In this document: positions 24,801 through 39,800 of the stretch, in pieces
How the letters are laid out: each line of letters starts with the position of its first letter
Position numbering within the stretch: position 1 is the first letter of the stretch
Source: Phoronis australis
Lineage: Eukaryota > Animalia > Phoronida
Assembly (NCBI GenBank): GCA_002633005.1
Contig: NMRA01000085.1
Location: 612,619 to 676,618, forward strand
DNA length: 64,000 nucleotides
Direction of reading: 5' to 3'
Program-made: the position numbers and the translations under genes
Notes under the pieces: model-generated
The model's input: the letters and a program-made list of their open reading frames with translations, nothing else
Database searches by the model: none
Told to the model about the DNA's origin: nothing

Positions 24801-27800
24801 TGGTTATGTGACGATGCCGTTATAGTGGAATTTAGCAAAAGTAGAAAGGTAGGCCTACGTACAACGATATTAGTAACACGACCATAGTGTTTTGATATAC
24901 ATGTTCAAGATGAAATTTCGAAAACGCTGTTGCAATTTTCTAAATATTTATCATTTTGAATGCTTTCGTTTCTTGCAATCTTCAGTTATTTTCGTAAAAG
25001 CATCTTTCTAGGAGTCCTAATGTAAAACATTTAAAAACAAATTCCTATCAGCCTTTGGTATCATATGAATCCAATGTGCCCTTTCTAAAGTATGCTGTTC
25101 CCAAGTTTGCCAGATTTGGACATTTTTCCTGTTTTCTATAGCACTTGACCTTAAAGTTGTCGCATAAATTTCAACTAATTATGACACAGAAAAACTCGAT
25201 GCCACAGGTGTACAGTCGTGGCAGGTGCACTTCATGACCCTCGATCAATCAACCATCTTTCTTTGAGGCTATGTTGGAGTTCAGAAAAATGTCTTGGCGA
25301 TAAAATTCGGAACGCCATATTGTCTCATTGACTGATCAGATTGTATGAAGCTTTCGCATGTTTTATGCATTGTTCTTCACATGTGAAAAAAGACCAAGAT
25401 CAGCGTTTATTTTACTTATGCTTCCAAGTTCGTGGTCATTACGTAGTGTTCCAAGTCCAAATTCTTGTTTATGTATGACTGCGTGTAGCACCATACCTTA
25501 TACGTTATCAGTCAGTACTCAAACAGTGCTTTTCTACAAGGCTGTTTAGAGACAACTATATATCTTGGTTAAAATTTATGTTGTATTATCTAAAATCCAG
25601 GTTAACCGCATCACAAAAATGAACATGACAAATGAAACCGAGGCATGCTGTAGAATGGTTTTCAAAAAATTATTTTTTAATATGCGGCTGGTAATTCTTC
25701 ACTTGCTTAACACATAATATGGCTGACAAGTGAAATAAATATTATATTTCGTCAAATTTCTCCACACCAATGAAATTTTTGAAAATTTTAGTGTTAGTAC
25801 TTAGCATGGTTTGCACTGTCAGTAGATATCATAAGACAACTTCCTTTATTTCCAGTTAAGTAATCAGCCTCTGAAAAAAATGTAAAATCATGGCAATTTT
25901 GGCAAATTATTTTTGTGAAATAAGTGAAGAATTACCTTAGATAGGTAAATTTCTTTTCTACCTCCATGAGCAGCACGTGTTTCAACACTGCTGTTTCAAA
26001 ACATCTTGAGATAATGGTTGGTAATTTGTCATTGCAGCTCCACTTCTTCGTGATGCAGAGCATTTTCTTCCCTGACAACAGGATCAAGCAGCGTTATGAT
26101 CTCAAGGGCTGTCTTGTGGGCAGATATCAAAAGGTACGTTACAGAAATACCACTGTGTCCAGTGTGTCGTTCACTCTATATTCTTGACATGGGAAACGGA
26201 TACTGGGCAATATATCCATGCAAACAGAGTTTGACACGGTGCAAATTGACACCACAGTGTCAGTTTGATTTGTCGTCCATTATAAGTGATGTAGAGCATG
26301 ATGCGGACAAACATGATGGTCCGTGTCAGCTACACCTCTTTACAGAAGGTGGTTTCAAGATGGAGAGAATATTTCAGTGGTGCTTGTGCAGTGGCATGCA
26401 TATGGGTATCCGTGGCAGCGGTCCTATCAGCAGCCTCCATCTTGCTGATATTACAGCCATCTGTGTGAACAGAGGCTCGCATTAATCAGCTTGTGCCATG
26501 TCAGTTTGCACCATGTCAGTTTGCACCATGTTTATTTGCACTATGTTAATGCTTACATCTGAATAGAGTAGGCCTATTGTGATAATAAATACCTAATTGC
26601 TGTTAGGTTTGCAGACATTATAGAAGACACTACTGCTTGCATATGGTTTTGCATTATGATCAATCTAGCGTGCACAATTGCTCAAGATTATTCTTGACAG
26701 ACAGCTGAATTGGCCGAAATTTGGTTATGAGGAATTCATAAAAGGTCAATGTTTACTTAGTGGGGTGATTAAAGTATTTTAATGTTCAAGGTCTGTATTA
26801 TAATATTAACCTTTTGTTAGAGACAAATTGGGGAGTGCCCTTGATAAGTATCAGGTTGCCACCAAGTGACCTTCAAGGGTCAGGGTTTGAGATAGTAACA
26901 GTGCATTGTGTGACTGGGGACTTTGTTATCGAAAATTTGCCATTGGCCACTGCCATCATGTAATTTGATATACCTGAGACACTACTCAGACATTTATTCA
27001 CTGGAACAATTTTTTATTGCTTTTGGATAGGATGTTCAATAGGTAAATCACTTACTGGAAAGCATTGTGAGTCTGGTGAGTCAGACATTTCTGCCCTCTC
27101 TCTAAGGGCCTTGATCACTGACTGGGATTCTCTCCATTGGGTTGACCTGGTTCTGAAATTAGGTCGTACACTGTTTGGAGCTGTACAAGCCTTGATCCCT
27201 GTTCAAATTGGGGCCTATATGATTTTAATGTAGACTGTCTCCTTGACCTCAGAGTAACAGTGCTCCTCTCTGACAAGGATTCTGGGGTTACACTTGTCCA
27301 TGGTGTGCCCAGTGTTGAGGGTGTGTTCCCCTACGCAAGGGCGGAAACATCTGACTCACCAGACCCACAAATGAATTCTTTTCAGTAAGTGATTAAATTA
27401 CGTATTGAATATTCCCTCAGTGGATTGCTATTTGCTGTAACTCCCTAGCCAAGCACTACTGGTGGTCGCAATATTAAAACAGCAGTCATATTGTGTATTA
27501 GGAATTAGTCATGACCCTTCTGTCAAAATCACTTTAGGCACTTTTAACCTCTGCAGTTCTGTTTTAGGCACAATTTGGGTACTGTTAGACATTCACATGC
27601 TCAGGTACTATAGGTACAAAAGCACTATGATAAAAACCTCACCAGTTTCAATCAAAAATAATCGTCAAAATTGCCTTTTGTTTTTTCAAGGGCTTCTGAC
27701 TTTGTTGTGATAGCCACAATTTTCCAAAATATTGTCTTTTGGCTGATATAGCATAGAATGTGAGCACCTTAAGTCATTCATTTTGTGCTACAAATCTTTC

Positions 27801-30800
27801 CTTAAAAAATGAGAAACTAAATTTCACCTGTCACCCATATTGTGTCCTAATCTGGTGAGATTTTATGATAAGTAATTCTGTCCTGCGGTAAATTTTGGTA
27901 GTAAAACTTGGCATTTTAGTAAGCAGTTTATCCCATTCAATCCACCATCTTTTTGGTCACATCACGTGACCTAATGAGTATAAGTCCGAAAAGATTTCTT
28001 CCCTCGACTGGGACTCGAACCCAGGACCTTCTGCTAACCGTGCAGATGCTCTAGCCACTGAGCAACTGTTTACTACATATTCCACATCTCACTGAAAAAG
28101 ATTTATTTAGCATTTTACACACTTTATATCTAGGCAACACTGTTTAAAGGTGTAATTTAGGTGAATTGCTCATGTTCATTTACATAAAAGGTACATTTCA
28201 GGTATGAAACTCCTTAGTTCTGTCTTGGTATATAGTTCGTTAGCAGCCCTTCGTTAACACAAACTGGCTTTGAAACACTGTATCAAGCTTCCAAACTAAA
28301 AGTTTAGTCGTGTTTTCAACAAAGTTCCATCTTGAAATACTTTTAGGTTCAAACATTCTCTCGTGAGGTACAATTCGGGTATATCAGTGTCAGGTTTTTA
28401 TATAAGTCTGAGGTACACCTTAGGTACTTGACATTTTCTTAGCCTTACAGGGACATTCTCAGTGAGAAAAGTAGTTTTACAGAAATTAGCAGTTACGTGG
28501 TATCAAACCCACAAGAGTTCTATAGTATAACTTCAAGAGGTCATCCAATTGTTGTCTCAAAATATGTTTTTCAGCTATTAAACACTATTCCCTTAGATTA
28601 GAATACCTTAAACTGGAATACATTATAGGTAGAGAAATAGGTCAGTGTAATAGAGAAATATAAAATTTTATTTTAATTGCAGCGTGGTACCATTAGGCGC
28701 TAGATCTCATATCCATACCATCAATTAGACGTGTTTACCAGTTGGGATTACAATAACCACCTATCACATCACTTGAGATGTTATGAGCAGTCTCATCATT
28801 TGTTTGGGGATTAGTTAACAGATTGTTGTCAATGGTAACCTGTTTGTGGGGGCGTGCTTTCCCTGCCATTTTAGACACTGCAGACGTTAAAAACTAAATC
28901 GGTCGTTGAAAATTCTGACCTTTTTCACTGTTAGAACATGGAAAACCGGTTAAGATGAAAACAGAAGAAATAATGCAAATTCCAACTGGTTGTGCTGTTC
29001 CTTTGTTGATATGTCTCAATTACCTATGTTGTGTAACCTGTTTGAGCAACACAATGGGGTGACTTGACTTCTGTAAATTACGGTACCCCCCCAATATGAG
29101 CCTCATCTTAGTGATCCCTTATGTAAGACATTATGGAGGTGTCAGACTGTGTGTTATAGGCAAATATATAGAAATCTATAGATTTTATGTAGGTAAAAGT
29201 ATACATTTTCTGAAAGTGGAAATCCTGTAGAATTTGATGATTGACTTTTAAACAATCTGTCATTATTGGGCCCTGTCTTTTTGTTAGAATTTTTAAAAAG
29301 TGTACATGGATTGGAAAACAATGTTATCAGCACAGATGAAATTTCATTTTATTTAACTGTTCATTATGAAATCTCAAAAATGCTGTTACAATTTTCTAAA
29401 TTATCGTTTCATTTTTGTTTCCTACAATTTTTGATTTTGTTAAAATCATAAAAGTCCTATTTTGACAGACCCTCACACAAAAGTGAAACTCTTTAAAAAT
29501 GATCCCTTACACCGTTTTGGAGCATAGTTCACATAAAGCATACAGTGTTTGGAAGTTTCACGTGAATCCAATGAGCTATCTCTGAGATATGACATTCCAA
29601 AGTTTGCCAAATTTGGAATTTTTCCATTGCCCTCCTAGTCTTTTAAAGAATGCAGTGAAATTTGAATGGTTTAGCAATATAGGCACATTTCAAAGGAGCA
29701 TTATGTACAAACGGTTATACCGAAATGTATTACCTTGCACACTGAAATTTCTATAAAGGCTTCCGTGAAAGAATTAAGTCGCCCTCTCAACAAGTTTTAT
29801 TATTGACTATAAGATTGTGTTATCTGAAGTATTGGTAATTACTGTTATCAACTGGAAATGCAGGACTCCTTTAAATGAAACATAAATAATGTTGTCATCG
29901 TAACAACCTTTTGTGTAGATTTGGTAGCTTAACACTTATTTGGACAACTTATGGCCTGCCCTTGAAAAATTAAATCAAAAAGGCACATTTTGGTGATGTC
30001 GGACATTGCTGTGAAGATTTTCCCTTGTAGGCGCCCCTTATATAACACTGACGACAACTCAAAATTGTTGTGAAGTATTCTTCTAAATACTGCAATCTGG
30101 AAACACTAAGATATCCAGCCAAGACATCGTTTGGAAAAATGCTCACGTCCTCTGTTATGTAATCTTACGCTTAGTATTAGAAGAAAATGTAGTAATACTA
30201 TTTCTATTAAGGTGATTATGTTTTATATTGAACTTTTATTGTTTTTGAGGACACTGTCGTAAGAGCAATTACACAATTTTGCTGTCTTGGAAATGCTTTG
30301 TAATGACCGACCTGGGCCTGAGGTCTCATTGTACTCAAAAGTCGAACTCAAAGTTATTTTTGAAATTTTATTTTCTACTTTTGTGGGGACTGAAGATAGA
30401 TGTCCATCACTCTGTGAATTAAGGTTTTGTCCACATGGTTGTCTTAACCTATCTTGCACTTGATGACCCTGAAATCGCAATGGAATTTTGAGTTTTTACT
30501 CTAGTCTTGGCTCACATCTAGGGGTCATTAAGTGGCACACATCATCATAAACCAAAGCAGACTAATTAAGCATAGAAAAATAGGCACTTATCTTGGCTTT
30601 GTACTAGAATTTAAAAATTTTAATAATATTGATCAGTTCGATTTCCAGTGCAAAAATTAAACCCCGAGTCCTGTTGACTGAGTGTAATTAATGTTGCATT
30701 GTTGTCCAAGCTTTACATGGTGGGCCTCGCTCACACATAAAAAACTATAACAGGGTGGTTATAATAAAGTCAGCCTCTAGTAATTGTGATAGCTTTTTCT

Positions 30801-33800
30801 AACATCTCTCATGTGCATTTGTTGTAGCTGAAAGTTTGCTTGGTGTTTGCCGCTATTCACTGCCATTGAAGGCATTATTTTTTATCCAATTTTGTTACCT
30901 CGATACTTTGTCTTACAGGGTGTCCTAAAAATGTACTCGCACTTCAGCTGTTGTTTGTTTTCTATCCCCATGCATACAGAACATGCAAGGTGTTGTGTTG
31001 CACGAGTGTTGTACTAAACTTTAAGTATGATATTTTTCGGACACCCTGTGTAATCTTTACAAAGGTGCAATCCACCATGAGGGCGTTCTCCCGTTTCAGT
31101 GACTTTACCAGACGTAGAGGGGTTGTGAGAGTGTGATAACATCTAGCTTCTTTGTTAACTGTCAAACACTGTCTTTTGTCTGGTATGACAAGAGGCAGGC
31201 CAATTATCTATAAGGCTTAATTATTACAGACCAGGTGTGAACACCCTCAAACCCAAACCCAGAGCGTTGAGAAAGAATAGATTGTCGTAACTTCGGTTGT
31301 AGTTAGGTGATTTTGGCGATTCAAAGCTAAACATGATCAACATTTGATGAGGAATTTAGATATGATATTGGTTTGTGTTCAAATATGTTATCATTTAACT
31401 TTTGTTTTTAACAGCACAGTCCAGTCAATCTAGATAGGATGTTGTTGGAGATTAGTGCAATTATCGAACAAAAGAGAGCTGGCCCTCCAACCCTAAATGC
31501 CAGAATGGAGTTAATCAGTCATCTAAGATATTGGCTAGGGACAGGGGTCATCTTCCCAACTTGTTGTTGGGCTATAGAATCCAACAAGTTGGGAGCAACG
31601 GGGAAAAACGTCGTAATGCCCTGTTTACTATTAGGTACTTAAAAGTGAAAATCGATCCGTGCCTTGTATTCTCATAGCATTGGTCTCAAAGTATTCCTAA
31701 CACTTATAGGATTCCATTTCCATAATCAACTCATGTCATAGCCAAGGCATACAGGCACTGTTTTATGAGAATTTTCTTAGTGTTGGCCATCCCCCGAATA
31801 AGATCTTAATTTAAGCATTTTCTCGAGCTGCTGATGGTTTCGACATTCGTCAGTCACGGAAATAGAATCCTATCAGAAATAGGTATTTTATTCTCATTTT
31901 GATATTAAAGATGTTTTCATTTCTAGCCTGCTAAACAGAGTGAAATATGCTGCTCTAGTTACAAACCCTTAGTCACCATAGAGATGCATTTCAGCTTTAT
32001 TTTTTAACTCTAAGTGTAACAGCTAGCGGTGAAGTGATTTGTGATATGTTGGCGCAACAACAAATTTCCTGCAGCAGTGAAGTGATCTGTGATGCTATTG
32101 GCCCAACAATGAGTTTCCTCCATCTTGTCTCTGGATTCCTTTTCACTGATCAATCACTCTGCCTTAAACATTCAGCATTCAGTGTGGTCGTCACTGTTTT
32201 TTGCTCAGTAAAAGTGATGACCTGAAGGAGCAGGAAATTCATTGCTATGCTGACTTCACTGTTGTCTCATGTATAGTGAACTATAACACAAAATGGCCTA
32301 AAGCAGTCTTAAGTTCTTCTGGGACTTAACGTTTACATCGATCATGCAGTTATCATTGATTTGAACTGGTAATGATCTGCTCACGCTGTGCAAGCAATTA
32401 ATTAGCTGAAACTATACTTTTAGAGAATTTGTGAGATGCATTGTTTGGAATTTCAGAATTTTGATGCACAAAATTTCGACCATCCTGAGTAGCACATGCT
32501 GGTTTTCGGTCACCGGGTCTGTTGCGGCAAATGTTCGCTATGCAAGTAGTAAAAACATGTATGTAATGTCTGCAAACACATTATTTTTGTCGATGGCTTT
32601 ATTTATATACATTTATTGAAATATCAGAGAATGTAGACAACTTAAAACATAACTGGGAATTTGCATTTAAAGCCTAACTTAACGGAATTTTGTTATTTTA
32701 GATGTATTGGGAGTAACCAGATAGTCCTAGTAGCAAATCCTTAATTAGTAAAATAAGAAAACACGAGTTTCACGCAAATGTAAGAATGTAAGGCCGTCAA
32801 ATGATCAGTGAAGCTGCCTTTTCGTGCCATGCTGCGTCACCGCGGGATACCAGCACAAACAACAAATGGCCGATAACAATTGTATTGAATAGAGATCTGA
32901 ATAGAACACCCATTGCATGTGGGTGTTATTCGCAGCTGTTTGAATTAAAAGGTGATTCTCGCGGTCACATAGACAAAGCAACCCACTACGCCTAACTGTT
33001 ACATTTGGCAATTTATGGCACTAGTGGGCTACTGTAGGAACCAAATTTACAAGTGAACATTCAAGATAGGCTTTAAAGGCAAAATTAAAACATTTTGCTT
33101 TCCCTTGTAAGTCCTTTTTCTTTTCACTGTTTCACTAGCCACCAAAAGAAAACCAATCATTTGCTGTGCTGAAGGATGAGAATTTTAAAACAGAGATGAT
33201 TCACTTGGGTAAGTACTGCAAACACTAATGTAGATTTGGAACCTGAGTGCACTTGGTAAAGTAAATAACCGTGATATCACTTGCGACTCTCGATCTCTCT
33301 CATGTTTATCAGACAGTTATGACAAACATGCCAATCTCTATCCCCTACACATAGTGACCATTAGGTGTAGACACTTAGATAACCAAGTTGTCTTTTGACT
33401 CTCTCTTATCAAGACCAGTATTGTTGCTTTTGTGTCAAAGAAGCTTAGGTACAGCGCGGCAGATGTACGTTTTTGGTAAGGGGGTTTAGGATTTGCGCGA
33501 AACCGAGGTGCATAGCACTGAGCAGTGTGAGGCAGCTTCTACCCTCCCATGTAAGATTTTTTTGGATTTTATAGCTGATTGTTTTCCTGGCGACGTCTTT
33601 TAGTTTATATCCTGTCCCAGGGGTGGGTTTTTAAACCCTGACCCCCCCACAGATCCGCCTCTGACTAGGTAAATTTAAGGCCCTTGCTCAAGCTGTAACT
33701 TATCACAGCTGTTTGCTCCTCTCCATGTTGGTCGTGAAATATATGCTATCACTAACACAGTCAAGGCCAGTGATGTAGCTTTCATAACAGGTAACACAAG

Positions 33801-36800
33801 CATGTCTAGAGTGATTGAACCAGTTGACAAGCAGGTGACTGTGCCCCTGCGCCCAGCTATACTGGGATGCATTTACCACTGCCCCCGGCCCCCTCCCCCG
33901 CCCAGCACTGCAGATGTTTTGTAGCTGGGCTTGGCAGTAAATGATATTAAATCCTCTACTCTCGATTATTTAATGTGGTGTGAAAATGACCTTCCTGTGG
34001 ACTTCTCCAACTGGGCCATTCAGCCAATAGTCTTATGGAACAATTAAGTAAACATGAGCTTGCTGGAATCTAGGATTTAACACTGAGGGTGGTGTAGAAG
34101 GTATGACGTAAATTAAAACATTAACTCTTTCCGTCTGCACAAATTTTCATTGTGTGACAACATTGTCAGTTATCCTTAGAAATTTCTAAGCACTTTTGTC
34201 CAGGCCTTGCACAACTTTCCATGGCTGCAGATAGTTGTGTTGTCCCCAACACCTCTCCAATAGTGATGAATGCAGTCAACCATAATAAGTATTATAGCCT
34301 GGTTGTACTTTTCACTAGAGTTGAGTGACGTTGGACCTGGCTGTCTCGTATGAACCCTCATGTAATCGGACCATGCTTTACAGTGTCCACTCGCTTAACA
34401 AAACCATGCATTTTACACATCCTCTCTAGTAGACGAAGGTATATATACTAGATAAGTTGAATCAGCGATTTCAAACTGTAGTTATAAGAAATGCTTTAGA
34501 AAAATTAATGTTCCAGCAGAGTTTGACTGCGGTAAAATGTCAACAATTTGGGACACAATATTGTAGTCTAGTGAAATTTTATTTTCTCATTTGTTCATAA
34601 AAATGTGTAGCGTCAAATTAATGTCCATGTCCAAGTTCTGTACGTACCGTCAGAAAATGTTGCGCAAAAATGTGGGCATTCACAAGAATGTTAGAACACT
34701 CTGAAAATGAAAAAGGGGAAATTTTGCCAAAATTGGCAGTATGTACGAATGTTGCAGGCAAGTGGTAATACAGCCGCTGCACCATAAGTTCACTTAGCCA
34801 GGGTTATTCTGTCACCCTTGGGATCAGTCTGTATATGTAAAGTAGCAATGCTCATGCCAGAGCTGGGTCAGGTGGAAATTCTTGTGGAATGTAGGAACAA
34901 GTTTCCTAATGCGAACGGAATACTCTCATTGCATTCAGTGGTTCACACTGGTTACTTCAACAATGTTATAAACTGTCGGCTGCCAGCTAAAAGACTTGGC
35001 TGCCTGTGAAGAGCATTAATTTCAAGATTTTCTCTATGTAACCAGATTGCTGGCATAAAAGTTAATTCCATTGAATGTGTTTCTTAAAACATGCGCGCAC
35101 CCAGGGGGGACTCGAATGAGCCCCCCCCCCCCNCATTTGGCAAGGTGGACAAAAAGGTCTGCCTCAGATACAAAAAGTCTGAGAAAACGAGACAAAAAGT
35201 CCACTAAAAAGTGAAATTGTATATCATCTACATTGTCAACTAGCTTTCAAGATTTTTTAAAAGGGGGGTTAGATCAACGACAATTTTAAAAAGGGGTCCA
35301 AGTGAAAAATTTGAAAATTGTAGATTTGATATCACTAAAATCAAGGGGAAAAGGGGGGTCCAGACCCCTTGACCGCCCCTAGATCTGCCTATGGCTTTTC
35401 GTGTTTAGTTTTAAAATTAATTTGTAGAAGATAGGCATTCATAGACACAGGTGCATGCCTTCAAGTTAGTTCCCATCGATATAAATTAGGGGTGGGCGCT
35501 GGAGCCAAGCTTGGGTGAAAATTAGCAAATTTTACAAGTGAGCATATGCATTGACCCAAATGAGTACTGTATCTGATGTTGAATAACTTTGAAATCCAGG
35601 GAGTATATCACTAGTCAGCTCCATATTTGTGTTTGGTATAATCAGTTTCTATGTAGCAGTAAACACCGGTTTTGTCAAAGGTCGTAGGGCCAACAATAAG
35701 TTCCTCACATACAGCCAAACTTCAGCTGGATCTTTTATGCGCCCACATATTTATATGTGCACGCATTACGCCGTCATCTCCGTCCGGTGTCCGCTGTTTG
35801 ACGTATGTTCATGAAATTTCATGGATGGGAAGGCATGAGTGAACTTTTGGACAGATCTAACTGCTGGCAATTTTAGTTTTTTTACGTTTACTTCTGTATC
35901 TTTGTAAGTACTCTACAGATTTTCATAAAATTTGGTATATAGGCACCTATTAGTGGGGTGATGCTATCCTCCCGTTTTCGGAAGAAGTCGACGTAGTTTA
36001 CACCACCTAGTGGCCATTTTTACTGTTTTCGAGTCTATTTTTTGCATCCACCCGTTTATCAACCAAACCGCTCAAAGGATGATTGTGAAAATTGGTATGT
36101 ATGTTCTTACTATGAAGTGGACGGCTGACGGTTTTCTGACGACTTCGACTATTGTGGCACCTCCTAATTGCCATGTTTTTTGCGCCTCTGGCTGTAACTC
36201 CTAAACCGGCGTTCACAGGATCTTTACTAAATTTAGTTAGTGTATTTTTATGATGTTAACAACGGAGGACGACTTTCTGACTACTGGTGTGTCACCTAGA
36301 GGCAATTTTATTTTTTACGTTTACCTCTGTATCTTCAAAGGTCCTCAACGTATTTTCATAAAATTTGACATACAGGCATCTGTTAATGAGTTGACGCTAC
36401 CTCTCTGTTTTCAGATGGATTTGACCTAGTTTGCATCACCTAGTGGCCATTTTTACTGTTTTCAAGTTTGCTTTTGGCGTCCACCGAACCACTTTCAGGA
36501 TAATTGCAAAATTTGGCATGTATGTTTTTACTATAAAGTGAACGACTGACCATGATTTTCCAATAAATTCGACTACCGTGGCGCCTCCAAGTGGCAGTTT
36601 TTTTTGCACTCATGGCTGTATCTCCTAAACGGTTTGCAGGATCTTTACTTAATTTAGCAAGTGTATTTATATGATATTGACAATGGACGACGACAAGTTT
36701 CGTTTACCTCTGTATCTTCAAAGGTCCTAAACAGATTTTCACTAAATTTTGAATATGGCATCTATTTGTGAGGTGATGCTATCCTCCTGTTTTTGGATGG

Positions 36801-39800
36801 AATTGAGGTAGTTTGCACCTCCTAGTGGCCATCTCCGTTTTCAAATCTTGTTTTTGGCGTCCACCCCTCTATCAACCAAATCATTCTAGGGATGGCGTTT
36901 ACGTTCTCAGTGTGAAGAGGACGTTTGATGATGGTGACTGACTACTGTGGCACTTCCTAGTGGTAGTTTTGTTGCATTTTGCGTCCAAAGCTGTATCGCG
37001 TAAACCCACTACAGGATCTTTATTAGATTTAGTAAGTGTATTAATTTAATGAACATAACAGACTACGACTTTCAGGTGGATCCAATGGACACTGTGCCCA
37101 CTAGTGGCAATTTCATTTTGTTCTGTTTTCCATTGTTTCTCTGAAATTCGACAGATTTTTATGAAATATGGAATGTTCTCATTTTTGGCTGGATTGTATT
37201 TTTTGCACTATCTAGTGGCCATTTTTATGATACAAATAAGTAAGCCTAAAAGCACACCATTTGCGATGCATTCGTGGGCGGATTTCAACGCTCCGCTTTG
37301 CTCTTGTTTAGATGTATTAGACTATTTAGTCTCGGCAACATAAGAAAACAAGATTTGATCACTCCAACAGAGGCACGTCAATTGATAGAACTTGAAATTT
37401 CGTGCCATATTACGTCACTGCATAACACACAATAAATGGTGAAAGGCCGATAGTAAGTTTGAATGAAACACGATTGTGGCTGGGCGTTTCATTGATGTTT
37501 CAAAAAAAAATTTATGATTTGTGTAGCAAGCTAACGTGCGTAATCTGTCAACATTTGGCAATTTATGGCATTTGTGTGCTTGAGAGTAATTGTAGGACCC
37601 TAATTTAAGCCTGTGCCAGTCAATGGTGGTTTTTAGTAATGTCACCAGATGTCAAAAAACTGGACACACCCAAGGGCGACTGCATTAGGCAAAATGTCCA
37701 CGACTGCCCATTCAAGGTGGCACCAACCAGAGATAGACAACAAACCCAATGCTTAACATCTTTCCCGCTATCATAATGCTGATAAGTTTTCACCGATGTG
37801 AGCTGGGATACACAAATGGCTTACGGAAAACGGCAAACCCTTGAGAAATATCCACAGATGAATGACATCATGTCCTACACACTTCCAACATAGATCAACT
37901 TCACGGCTGCATACTCAGTTGCTCTGACTGATTAACACAATACAATTTTGATCCCAGCTGATGTCAAAAAGCTAAAGTAAATTCCAGCTTTTTAAATTAA
38001 TGAATCACTACATGTAGCAGTCACCAGATCCGAGTCGGGATCGAGCAGGAGTCACTTTCTCATGCTCAGTACTCTGAAGCACACCAATATGAAAAGCCCT
38101 CTTTTTCAAAACACAACTCATCAGGAACAACTTCTAGCATAGCATTAACTGATGTTTCGTTCTCTCGAAACTGCCAAGTGTCAAGTTCTGTGGATGGTCT
38201 TCCATCCAGACTTTCACGAAGATAAAGAGCAAACGTTTATTAAAACCCCATCAGAAAAAATGTACATGTCGCACTTGCCCAACTGATTCCAAAACTAGCG
38301 TGTATCATCCTACGTTAGAGACATCTGCTCTACTTTGCGAGATCATCAACGGAGAATAAAATCAGTATCTGCCACGGATACTATGGCGGTTCTGTTGAAA
38401 ATTTAAGTCAGAAATGTCCCAGATAACTGGGACATATTCAGAGCATGCCACCCTCAACATACTGTGATCTGTTCTTCCACACCTGGCCACGTCAGGATCT
38501 CGATTAATGAGCATGCAGATCACCTTGCTGGTTCGTACACCACTAACCTCATACACCACTAACCAACCCCTCAGCCTATGTCTTCCAAGGTTAACCTGCT
38601 GGCTTGTCTATGCATAATCAACTCCTTCCCAACTGGCTGCATTCAACAATGGCAGCATACAACTGGAGGTTGGCACCACAAATGGCCGTCCTGCTATCAG
38701 CCACAAGAGCCTTGCCCGAGTGTCATCGAACCAGACGCCTACAGGGAACACCAGTCCTGGAGTTCTACGCCTTCTTCTCTCATGGAGATGGTCTGGGGAG
38801 GGGATTAATACACCAGCATACCCCTAATGATTCTGTGGAAGATGAGATATGGCAATGTGGGCAAAAACAATTACTACTTGGAGGACTGCCTTCACTGTTT
38901 GAAAGAAAGGGAGATTAGGCTCGGCAGTCAGCACACATTCTCTTCAAAATGCACCCCCATATGTACAAGTGAACCCATGCAGTAGATAGATAAACAGAGG
39001 TCACCATTACAAGTGTGTTATATTTGCATATCTTTACATGATATATATAGGAGTGTGCATGAAAAGTACATTTAACAGCTACTTCTATTGGCAAAAACTC
39101 ATGACCATATGAACAAGCCAGTTAACACAAATACATGACACTGAACGGGAATGCCAATTGCTAATACAGCGTGCCAGACGGGATGAACCTTTTTGATGGA
39201 GAACGCGCAGGTTCCGACAACAAAACTAGCTGCATCCGATACACAGCTGCAGTGTTATGACCCATACACTTGTTAGAAACTCAATAATTTCAAGTTACTC
39301 CCAAAACCTCGGGCAGAGTGTGGCAGTGAAGTAGCACACTTACCCAAGTAAAACACCATCGACAGTCGTACGGCAGCCGCAAATTAACAGCAAATAAACA
39401 GAGTTTGCTCAAGGAAAATTATGAAATGTATTTTGAAAACGAAAAATGTTGAGAAAGCACTGATCTAAATGAAAGCTTGAAATTTGTATAAAGTAATATG
39501 TCTTGAAGAACCAGGGCACAAAACCACCATTCCAGTTTCCTATGGCACTTCATAATATAGCCAACTACAGTAAAACTCGCATAACTTCAGTCGTAGTTTG
39601 TACAGCCAGGCCCTCAGATATTGAGATTTAACCATAATCTTTTGAAATCTCTCGATGCGACTTATGCGAGTTTTTCTGCACATTGTCCAATACAATCCAC
39701 ACATAGAACGTATAGAAAATCATCCCTCATTTCCGAGGCGCTAGACAACTGACGTCATTTCACGTCCTCATAGGAGACAGGAATGACGGAGGGGTCCCAG

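Larger units (their letters stand above)
17150..29640. repeat. Dispersed repeat family, at least 5 diverged copies in PIP5KL1 introns (about 17150-17490 +, 19190-19620 -, 21690-22110 +, 24730-25150 +, 27480-27970 -, 29200-29640 +)
   Basis: Shared block aaagtgaaac.tt.aaaaac.gttcctaa...ttttgga...ggaagttt..catg.gaatcc.at..gccatt.ct.agata...ttccaaagtttgccaaatttgga; probably a non-autonomous DNA transposon. Confidence 0.6.

Noticed and set aside
38578-38918. Overlapping 76- and 104-aa ORFs as a further nested gene
   Set aside because: No recognisable motifs or consistent splice sites.
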